From NCBI GenBank assembly GCA_041310895.1, contig JBFYWT010000002.1, positions 1 through 35,524 on the forward strand: a stretch of 35,524 bases of DNA, given 5' to 3'. The translations under genes were made by a program, and so were the position numbers. The stretch's first letter is position 1. Every line of letters begins with the position of its first letter. Under the pieces are notes generated by a model. That model was not told the origin of the DNA. It ran no database searches and worked only from the letters and a program-made list of their open reading frames with translations. Of the stretch, positions 9,034-16,098 are shown piece by piece. The stretch comes from Desulfobacteraceae bacterium (GTDB taxonomy: Bacteria; Desulfobacterota; Desulfobacteria; Desulfobacterales; SpSt-501).

Positions 9034-9720
9034 TCATTTGACAACCGCATCGAAACGCTTGTTCACCTCATTCCAGTTCACGACGTTCCACCAGTTGGTG
9101 ACATATTCCGCACGTTTGTTCTGGTATTTAAGGTAGTAGGCGTGCTCCCAGACATCGAGTGCGAGAATCGGGGTACCGCGTTGGATGTCGGGCAGGTCCA
9201 TCAGGGGGTTGTCCTGATTCGGCGTTGAGGTGACGGCCAGTTTCTTGTCCGGCGTGACGATCACCCACGCCCAGCCGGAGCCAAAGCGGCCGAGGGCGGC
9301 CGCGTCGAAGCGTTTGCGCATCTCGTCCAATGAACCGAAGGCGGCGTTGATGGCGGCTGCCACGGCGGCACTCGGTTTGCCGCGCTGTCCTTCGGGTGCC
9401 ATCAGCTTCCAGAACAAATCGTGGTTGTAATGCCCGCCGCCGTTGTTGCGCACGGCCGCGTTGAACGTGGAGATCCGCCCCTGCAGGTCTTCGAGCGACA
9501 GCCCGGCGAGACCGGGGAAGTTCTTCACCTGCGCGTTCAGGTTGTTGACATAGGCGGCGTGGTGCCGGCCGTGGTGGATTTCCATGGTCATCCGGTCGAT
9601 GTGCGGCTCGAGCGCAACGGCGGCGTAGGGTAGTGGGGCGAGTGAGAACTGGGCTGCGGCGAGCGCCGGCAGGCAGACGGCGGTCAAGGCGGCCGCCAAT
9701 GATAGCATGGCTCGTTTCAT
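9034..9720 (-). CDS. Fe/Mn-family superoxide dismutase with an N-terminal signal peptide (exported)
   Basis: 228 aa. Signal peptide MKRAMLSLAAALTAVCLPALAAAQ, then a SOD core with LPYA..ALEPHID..TMEIHHGRHH..YVNNLN and DVWEHAYYL. Confidence 0.9.
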   Translation of the reverse strand: MKRAMLSLAAALTAVCLPALAAAQFSLAPLPYAAVALEPHIDRMTMEIHHGRHHAAYVNNLNAQVKNFPGLAGLSLEDLQGRISTFNAAVRNNGGGHYNHDLFWKLMAPEGQRGKPSAAVAAAINAAFGSLDEMRKRFDAAALGRFGSGWAWVIVTPDKKLAVTSTPNQDNPLMDLPDIQRGTPILALDVWEHAYYLKYQNKRAEYVTNWWNVVNWNEVNKRFDAVVK

Positions 9721-9841
9721 GGTCAGCTCCTTCTTTGAAAGGTTGAACAGCGTTGGTGGAATCTAATTCACCCGGACACGCTTGCCAAGGCGCCTGGTAA
9801 CCGGCACCGAAGACAGCTCGGTTTTCAGTTTGGTGGAAGAA

Positions 9842-10768
9842 TCACCGGGCCCCGGTTGTTTTTATCGGGGTCAAGTAGAAGAGGAGCATCCCGCCCAAAA
9901 TGAGCCCCATGCCACCTAAATGAAACAGCTCGATCGACTCGCCGAGCAGGGGGACCGACAGCAGGGAGGCGAAAGCGGGAATCAGGTTGATGAAGAGCCC
10001 GGCACGGTTGGGGCCGAGGAGATCGACCCCTTTGTTCCAGCAGAAATAGGCGACGATGGAGGGGAAGAGGGCGACATACAGGATGCTCAGCACGATGTCG
10101 CAAGAGAGGGTGAAGGGCCCGAGGGCGGCGCGCTCGATCAGATAGAGCGGCAGCAGGCCGGCCGCCCCCAGGAAAAACGTGGCCGCCAGCAGGCTCAGGG
10201 GGTGGATGGGCGGCCGCCGGCGCAGCAGGACGGAATAGAGCCCGTAGGCCGCGACGGCGATGATCATGAGCAGGTCGCCCTGTACGAACGACATGGCGAG
10301 AAGGGTTTTGAGCTCGCCCCGCAGAACAATCAGAACCGCGCCCAGGAGGCAGACCACCACCCCGGCCATCTGGCGGGCCGCGGCCCTTTCCCGGTAGAGC
10401 ATGAGGCTCAAGAGCACGATCACCGCCGGCATGGTGGATTGGATCAGGGCGCCGTTGATGGCGGTGGTGGTGTGGACTGCGGTGTAGAGCAGGGTGTTGA
10501 AGGTCGAGATTCCCAGGAGCGAGAGGAGCAGGAGCATTTTCCAGCCGCGGGCGATCGCGTGGCGGTCTGCGGCTATCTGGCGCAGGGTGAAGGGCAGGAT
10601 CAGCACGAAGGCGAGGCTCCAGCGCCAGAAGGCGAAGGCCACCGGCGGGATGAGGTCCGTGACCCCGCGCGCCAGCACGATGTTCCCCGCCCAGCACAGG
10701 GGGGCGGCGCTCAGGATGAGGTAGGGCCAGAGGGAGGCGGCCGGCTTCGAGGGCGGCTCCGGCGGCAT
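9842..10768 (-). CDS. DMT-superfamily transporter (EamA family)
   Basis: 308 aa with about 10 hydrophobic helices and a two-EamA-repeat layout. The start lies 2 nt after the stop of the upstream gene. Confidence 0.75.
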   Translation of the reverse strand: MPPEPPSKPAASLWPYLILSAAPLCWAGNIVLARGVTDLIPPVAFAFWRWSLAFVLILPFTLRQIAADRHAIARGWKMLLLLSLLGISTFNTLLYTAVHTTTAINGALIQSTMPAVIVLLSLMLYRERAAARQMAGVVVCLLGAVLIVLRGELKTLLAMSFVQGDLLMIIAVAAYGLYSVLLRRRPPIHPLSLLAATFFLGAAGLLPLYLIERAALGPFTLSCDIVLSILYVALFPSIVAYFCWNKGVDLLGPNRAGLFINLIPAFASLLSVPLLGESIELFHLGGMGLILGGMLLFYLTPIKTTGAR

Positions 10769-10770
10769 GC

Positions 10771-11454
10771 TCAGGACCGGGGCGGCAGCAGGATGCGGGC
10801 GTCGGCCACGACGCAGCGCTCCGACGAGCAGAAGACCGGATTCAGGTCGATGGAGTCGATCCGCTCGCCGAGGTCCATGACCAGGGCGGAAAACGCGAGC
10901 ACGAGCTCGGTCAGCTTCGCGACGTTGACGGCCTCGCCCCCGCGGTGGCCGGTCAGCAGGCGGCTGCCGCGCAGACAGCCCAGCATCGCCGGCACGTCGC
11001 GCGCCGTGAGCGGGGCCATGCGCGTGACCGTGTCCTTGTAGACCTCGACCGCGGTGCCGCCGATCCCCATCAGGATCACCGGGCCGAACTGGAAGTCGAG
11101 CTTGGCGCCGACGATGAGCTCGTGCCCGGCGAGCATTTCGGCGACGAGGACCCCGGCGAAGCCCGGCAGGCGGCTGAAGCGCTCCCAGGCGGCCGCCAGT
11201 TCGCCGGCAGCGGCGATCCCGGGGGCGACCCCTCGGACCTCGGACTTGTGCACGATCTGCGCCGAGACCACCTTGGCCACCACCGGATAGCCGATGCTGG
11301 CGGCGGCGGCGGCCGCCGCTTCCGCGGTTTTGGCCCAGGCGAACCGCGGCACCGGCACCCCGGCCGCCGCCAGCAGGCGCAGGGCCTCGGGTTCCAGCAC
11401 CCAGCCGTCCGCGCGACCGGCGGCGATGATGTTCAGTGCGTCGGCAGCGAGCAT
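10771..11454 (-). CDS. ADP-forming acetyl/acyl-CoA synthetase, beta (ATP-grasp) subunit
   Basis: Real start taken at MLAADALNIIAA.. (ATG 11454); the track ORF extends upstream into the alpha gene. ATP-grasp-type sequence: LxEPEAxxLL...GVPVP......A......IGYPVVAKVVS..IVHKSE..GV. Confidence 0.75.
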   Translation of the reverse strand: MLAADALNIIAAGRADGWVLEPEALRLLAAAGVPVPRFAWAKTAEAAAAAAASIGYPVVAKVVSAQIVHKSEVRGVAPGIAAAGELAAAWERFSRLPGFAGVLVAEMLAGHELIVGAKLDFQFGPVILMGIGGTAVEVYKDTVTRMAPLTARDVPAMLGCLRGSRLLTGHRGGEAVNVAKLTELVLAFSALVMDLGERIDSIDLNPVFCSSERCVVADARILLPPRS

Positions 11455-12815
11455 GGCCTGCACCTCCGCATGGCTTCCACCATGAAGGCCGCCCCGTCGA
11501 TCGAGGAGGCGACCGGTACGTTGTTCAATTCGAAGCCCTCGATCAGGATCCGGTATTTCTCGACGTGGGGCACGTAGGCCACGAGCGGCTTGCCGGTCTG
11601 CTGGTGCACGTAGCTCAACCGGGCGCCGAGATCGGAGCTGATCCCGGGCGAGTAGGGCAGGAGCAGAAGCAGCAGGCAATCCACTTCCGGCGCCCGCCCC
11701 AGGGCGCCGACGGCGGCCTCGAAATCCTCGTCCGTGGAGCTGCCCGTGAGGTCGACCGGGTTTTCCAGTGAGGCGATGTCGCGGATGCTGGGCGAGAGGC
11801 CGGAGCGCATCTCTTCCTGGACCGCCGCCGACAGCCGCGGCAGGCGCAGGCCCAGGTCGCTGCAGATGTCCGAGGCGAGGGCGCCGTGGCCGCCGCTCAC
11901 CGTGATGACGCCGACGTTGCCCTCGATGCTGCGCGGGTAGTGGCTGAGGGACTCGCAGAAGCAGGTCAGCTCGAACTCGCTGCGTGCCTCGGCGATTCCG
12001 TGCTGGGCGAGGACGTTGGAAAAGACCCGGTAGTCGCCGGCGAGGGAGGCGGTGTGGCTGCTCACCGCGCGGCCGCCCGCCTCAGTCTTGCCGGCCTTGA
12101 GGACGACCACCGGTTTGGCAGTCGCGGCGGCCAGCTCCACGAAGCTCCGGCCCTCGTTGCGGCCGAAACCTTCGAGATAAAAGGCGATCACGCGGGTCTG
12201 CGGGTCCTGGGCGAGGTGGCGCAGCAGGTCGGTCTCGCGGATCAGGGCCTTGTTGCCGATGCTGACGGCGAGCGACAGGCCCAGGCCCTGCTCGGTGAAT
12301 TTAACCATCTGGTCCACCAGGACGCCCCCGCTCTGGCTGACGAACCCGACGCCGCCGGGGCTGGGACGGACCAGGCGCTCGCCCGGCAGGAAAAAGGTGT
12401 CGAAGAGCCCGGGCGCGTAAATGCCCAGGCAGTTGGGGCCGATGAAGGGGAAGTCCGCCGCGCGCGCCAGGGCGGTGATTTTATCCTGCAGGTCCGCGCG
12501 GCCGACTTCGGCGAACCCGCCGGAAACGATCACGGCACCGCCCACCCCGCACTGGATGCACTCCGCGAGGGTCTCCGGGACGAGCTCGGCGCGCACGGCA
12601 ATCACGGCCAGGTCGACCGGGCCGGGGATTTCGCCGACGCTCCGGTAGACCGGCTCGCGCTTGAAGACCCCGCCGCGCGGGTTCACCGCAAAGGCCTTGA
12701 CCGGGTAGCGCAGGTGGATCTTGTTGTAGATGACGTTGGCCGGGTGCCGGTCGTTTGCGAGCGACACCCCGACCACGGCCAGGGAAGCGGGTTTAAACAG
12801 GGGCGTGAAGTCCAC
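11433..12815 (-). CDS. ADP-forming acetyl/acyl-CoA synthetase, alpha subunit (CoA-binding plus succinyl-CoA-synthetase-like domains)
   Basis: 460 aa. LFxPxSxAVVGxS......P.NVIY, AVNP......V.G...Y.SV.EIPG.VDLAVI, GPNCLG, SQSGG. Overlaps the beta gene by 22 nt. Confidence 0.8.
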   Translation of the reverse strand: MDFTPLFKPASLAVVGVSLANDRHPANVIYNKIHLRYPVKAFAVNPRGGVFKREPVYRSVGEIPGPVDLAVIAVRAELVPETLAECIQCGVGGAVIVSGGFAEVGRADLQDKITALARAADFPFIGPNCLGIYAPGLFDTFFLPGERLVRPSPGGVGFVSQSGGVLVDQMVKFTEQGLGLSLAVSIGNKALIRETDLLRHLAQDPQTRVIAFYLEGFGRNEGRSFVELAAATAKPVVVLKAGKTEAGGRAVSSHTASLAGDYRVFSNVLAQHGIAEARSEFELTCFCESLSHYPRSIEGNVGVITVSGGHGALASDICSDLGLRLPRLSAAVQEEMRSGLSPSIRDIASLENPVDLTGSSTDEDFEAAVGALGRAPEVDCLLLLLLPYSPGISSDLGARLSYVHQQTGKPLVAYVPHVEKYRILIEGFELNNVPVASSIDGAAFMVEAMRRCRPCSLPTH

Positions 12816-12824
12816 GGGAGCTCC

Positions 12825-14006
12825 TCATGGGCGCGGCACGAGCCGCAGCAGCCGGTCCCCGCCGGGGCGGCCGGGCCCGTAAGCGTCGGTGTCGGAGGTG
12901 ATCACGAAAAGCAGCCCGTCGGCCCCCTGGGCCACGTCCCGCAGCCGGCCGTAGGCGTTCTCCAGGAGGAATTCCTGCCCGACCACCCTGGGTCCGTCGA
13001 GCCTGAGGCGCACGAGTTTTTTGCCGACCAGGTTGGTGAAGAAGAAATCTCCGGCCCAGGCCGGGAAGCGCTCCCCGTTGTAAAATGTGCACCCGGCAGG
13101 GGCGATGGCCGGGGTGTACTCGGCCAGGGGCGGGAGGGTGCCCTCGCGGGTGGCGCGGTGGTGGACCAGGGGCCAGCCGTAGTTGCCGCCGGCGACGATG
13201 AGGTTGATCTCGTCCCCGCCCCCGGGGGCGTCGTTCCAGGAGGGACCGTGCTCGGTCTGGAAGATCCACCCGGTCCCGGGCTGGACGGTCATGCCCTGGG
13301 AGTTGCGGTTGCCGTAGGAAAATATTTCGGGCCGGGCATCGGCGCGGCCGGAAAACGGGTTGTCGGGCGGCACCGTGCCGTCCTCGTTCAGGCGCAGGGT
13401 CTTGCCGTTTAAATCCATGAGGTCCTGGGCGCGGCGTCCCTCGCCGCGCTCGCCGAGGGTTAAGTAGAGCTTGCGGTCGGCGCCGAAGCGGATGCGGCAG
13501 CCGAAATGCTTGGGCTTGTCGCTGCCGGGAAAACCGGGGAAAACCACCTGCAGGAGTTTCAACCCCTCCGGGGTCTCTTCGAAGCGCGCCACCCGGGTCA
13601 TCATGCCCAGCTCGTTATCAACGGTGTAGGCGAGGTAGAGCTGCCGGTTCTTCTCGTAGTCCGGGTGCAGGGTCATGTCCAGGAGCCCGCCCTGGCCGCG
13701 GTAGGCGACCGGGGGGACCCCCGGCACCGGCGCGGGCCTTAGCACCCCGTGCTCCACCACGCGCAGCCGCCCCGGCCGTTCGGTGATGAAGAGCCGGCCG
13801 TCCGGTGCGGGCACCACGGCCCAGGGGCTTTGGAGCCCTTCGGCCGCGGTCTCCACCCGGAAGGTGTCTGCGGTGGACGGGAGCGCGGGCGCGTCCTGCG
13901 GCGTCAGGCGCGAGGAGAGCCAGGCGGCGATGTTGTAGGCATCGGCGGCCGGTGCCGGCAGGGCGCATGCCAGCCACAAGCCTAACGTGAGGGCAGCGGC
14001 CTTCAT
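12825..14006 (-). CDS. PQQ-dependent sugar dehydrogenase (soluble aldose/sorbosone dehydrogenase, YliI-like), exported
   Basis: 393 aa. Signal peptide MKAAALTLGLWLACALPAPAA. Beta-propeller blocks: L.SPWA....PDGRLFITER.GRLRVV, GGLLD..LHPDY, HFG.RI.F..D..LY...GE, LNGK.LRLN.DG..P.DNPF, E..SYG.RN.QG, HGP...D....DEIN.I..G.NYGWP. Confidence 0.85.
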   Translation of the reverse strand: MKAAALTLGLWLACALPAPAADAYNIAAWLSSRLTPQDAPALPSTADTFRVETAAEGLQSPWAVVPAPDGRLFITERPGRLRVVEHGVLRPAPVPGVPPVAYRGQGGLLDMTLHPDYEKNRQLYLAYTVDNELGMMTRVARFEETPEGLKLLQVVFPGFPGSDKPKHFGCRIRFGADRKLYLTLGERGEGRRAQDLMDLNGKTLRLNEDGTVPPDNPFSGRADARPEIFSYGNRNSQGMTVQPGTGWIFQTEHGPSWNDAPGGGDEINLIVAGGNYGWPLVHHRATREGTLPPLAEYTPAIAPAGCTFYNGERFPAWAGDFFFTNLVGKKLVRLRLDGPRVVGQEFLLENAYGRLRDVAQGADGLLFVITSDTDAYGPGRPGGDRLLRLVPRP

Positions 14007-14097
14007 GGTCGACTCCTCCTGAGGTGCGGGTCGCTTGCAGGGTGCCGGTTCCTCCGTAGCACAGATGCGGCCGCGACGGCAACCTTCCGCGTGCGGT

Positions 14098-14126
14098 TTG
14101 CCGGGCTTTCGCCGATATGGTATGGT
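14098..14126 (+). promoter_or_regulatory. Candidate sigma-70 promoter for the GTPase operon
   Basis: TTGCCG (14098-14103), 17 nt, TATGGT (14121-14126). If used, transcription starts downstream of the ATG at 14035 and rules that start out. Confidence 0.25.
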
Positions 14127-14190
14127 GCCGCGGGCGATGAGAATTGCGACGGGGGCTGTGGCGCCCCCTTGCGTTTATCGGGGAGTGCGC

Positions 14191-16098
14191 GTGCGGAAGG
14201 AGTTCCACGAGAGTCTGAAGCGGATCCGGGAGGAGCTGCCGCGGCTGGCCGAGCTCCTCCAGTTCGATGCCGCCGGGGAGATCGGGCCCTGGGCCAAGGC
14301 CATCGACACCCGCCTGCTCGCCCGCTTCGACCCGGGGTTCCCGCTGGTGGCGGCCGTCTGCGGCGGGGGCTCATCGGGCAAGTCCACTCTCTTCAACTCC
14401 CTGATCGGCGCCCGCCGCTCGCCCACCGGGGGCCGGGCGGGGATGAACCGCCGCGTGCTCTTCTCCCTTCCCGCATCCCTGGAGGGCCGCGCGGACCTGG
14501 TGACCGCCCTGCTCGACCCCTTCGGCATGCCGGCAGCCGCCCTCGAGCGCCCCGACGAGCTGCTCGACCCGGGTGGGCCGCTCTTCGTTGCCACCGCGGG
14601 GCGCGTCGTGCTCATGGACACGCCCGACTTCGACACGGGGGCCGGGGGCCGCTACGCCAACCGCGAGAGCGCGCGCGGGGCCCTCGATGCGGCCGACGTC
14701 CTGATCTATGTCTTTACCAACTCCAATTACAACAACCGCGACAACACCGATTTCATCGCCGAGATGTTGACCGGCATCGGTCGGCGCAAGTGCTTTTTGG
14801 TCTATCGCGTCTACCCGGGGTTCACGGAAGAGGAGGTGGTCGCTCACGCCATGACGGTGGCGGGCCACATCTACGGTGCCGAGGCCGGCAAGAGCGTCCT
14901 TGGCATCTACCGGGCCGACGAGGACAACCGGGTGGCCGCCGGCGAGGCCTTTATGGCGCTGCGCCCGGCGCGGGAGGGGGATCCGACGCTGGCCGCGGCC
15001 CTCGAGAGTCTCGACCTGGCGCAGCTCAGGCTTGATCTGCATGCGAGCGTCGTGGCGGATGTGCTGGGGAAGGCTGACGAATTGGCCGGCCGCGCCCACC
15101 GCTCCCTGGAGGATCTCCACCGCTATCTCGGCGCCTTGCGGGCGGCGCAGGCGCTTTGCCTCCAGGAGGCCCTGAGCTTTTTCCCGATGGACCGGGTGGT
15201 GCGGCGCTTCGCCACGATCTGGGCCGATACCGACCCGCCGGCGGTGAGACTCATGCGGCGCACCGGAAGCCTGATCGAGCTGCCCGTGCGGGCCGTGCTG
15301 GGGGCCGCCGGCTGGGCCCGGGAAAAGCTCTCCGGCGCGCCGCCCGCCCCGGCGCCGGAGGATCAGTTCGCCCGCAAGCTCGAGGAGAACCTTGTGGCGG
15401 CGGCGACCGCCCTGAATCACTACCTGCTCAGCCCGCATCTCGTGCTGCCGGCGGCGGCCCCGGCGCCCGCGGTCTATGAACCCTCCGCCGCCCTTCCGGA
15501 GCGGCGCGACCCTGCGGTCCCGGCGGTGTCGGTGGCGGCGCACCCGGCCGTCCTCCCGGCCCAGGTGCGGCTGCGGCAGAGGGACTTCGACGCGGTGCTG
15601 CAGCGGATTCTGAGCCGCCGGGAGGAGATCGGCCGGATCGGCCGCGATATGGACGAGGAGCTGCGCCGGCTCGCCGACCACTTCCGCCGCCGGATGGGCG
15701 CCTGGGCCAAGATCAGCCAGACCTTCTGGGCGGCCCTGAACGTTCTGCCCGCCACGCTGGCCGTGACCTACGTTCTGTCCACCGGCGACCCGGTGGGGGG
15801 GGCCACGATCAAGGTCAAGCTGGCCGGGCTCTTCGGCATGAAGGACCTCTACGCGCTCGTGGCCATCCCGGTCACGCGCGGCATGAAAAAGGCCGACCGC
15901 AAACAGCTCCAGGCAATGCTCGGCCCGCTGGCCCGGACCTGGCTCCAGGGCAAGTCCGCCGCCGTGCAGGCGCTCTTCGAGGAGGCGCTCTCCGGGGATA
16001 TCCTGCGCGCGGCCGAGGAGGCCGCGGCCGCCGCTGGCCGCCTTTCCGATTCCCTCTCCCAGGCGCTCGCCCGCACCGCCCCCGTGAGGACCCGATGA
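14191..16098 (+). CDS. Dynamin-like / P-loop GTPase 1 with a long helical C-terminal half and a hydrophobic membrane segment; G4 motif degenerate
   Basis: Frame of the 14035..16098 ORF. Preferred start is GTG 14191 (GGGGAG 5 nt upstream); alternatives are ATG 14137 and ATG 14035. Walker A GGGSSGKSTLFNSLIG (from 14362). DTPDFD (14617). No NKxD motif (YRVY at the equivalent place). C-terminal hydrophobic stretch FWAALNVLPATLAVTYVLS...LYALVAIPV. Confidence 0.8.
   Translation: MRKEFHESLKRIREELPRLAELLQFDAAGEIGPWAKAIDTRLLARFDPGFPLVAAVCGGGSSGKSTLFNSLIGARRSPTGGRAGMNRRVLFSLPASLEGRADLVTALLDPFGMPAAALERPDELLDPGGPLFVATAGRVVLMDTPDFDTGAGGRYANRESARGALDAADVLIYVFTNSNYNNRDNTDFIAEMLTGIGRRKCFLVYRVYPGFTEEEVVAHAMTVAGHIYGAEAGKSVLGIYRADEDNRVAAGEAFMALRPAREGDPTLAAALESLDLAQLRLDLHASVVADVLGKADELAGRAHRSLEDLHRYLGALRAAQALCLQEALSFFPMDRVVRRFATIWADTDPPAVRLMRRTGSLIELPVRAVLGAAGWAREKLSGAPPAPAPEDQFARKLEENLVAAATALNHYLLSPHLVLPAAAPAPAVYEPSAALPERRDPAVPAVSVAAHPAVLPAQVRLRQRDFDAVLQRILSRREEIGRIGRDMDEELRRLADHFRRRMGAWAKISQTFWAALNVLPATLAVTYVLSTGDPVGGATIKVKLAGLFGMKDLYALVAIPVTRGMKKADRKQLQAMLGPLARTWLQGKSAAVQALFEEALSGDILRAAEEAAAAAGRLSDSLSQALARTAPVRTR

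Noticed and set aside
11886-13412. Long ORFs antisense to, or out of frame with, the called genes. Examples: 11886..13412 (508 aa), 9920..11041, 9825..10697, 4274..5422, 5764..6576, 14371..15681, 15849..17000, 16642..17571, 19236..20615, 21168..22769, 30451..31548, 25491..26168.
   Set aside because: These are typical shadow ORFs of high-GC DNA. Their translations are Arg/Gly/Pro/Ala-rich low complexity with no motifs. Each fully overlaps a gene whose product has clear family signatures.
14035-14190. ATG 14035 as the start of GTPase 1 (the track ORF start).
   Set aside because: It would leave only 28 nt between the divergent genes. The encoded N-terminus (MQGAGSSVAQMRPRRQPSACGLPGFRRYG..) is low complexity. 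A TTGCCG-N17-TATGGT promoter-like element lies inside it, and GTG 14191 has a GGGGAG RBS. The true start remains uncertain (14137 is also possible).
15795-15802. G8 homopolymer tracts inside CDSs (15795-15802 in GTPase 1, 16349-16356 in GTPase 2, 18214-18221 in the DUF2914 gene, 20045-20052 in the 600-aa gene) and a C8 tract at 6994-7001, considered as phase-variation switches.
   Set aside because: All the coding tracts arise from the same codon context: GGG-GGG Gly-Gly codons in the three plus-strand genes, CCC-CCC Pro-Pro codons in the minus-strand DUF2914 gene. They occur in unrelated genes, so they look like a codon-usage by-product of this genome. A single sequence gives no evidence of length variation.
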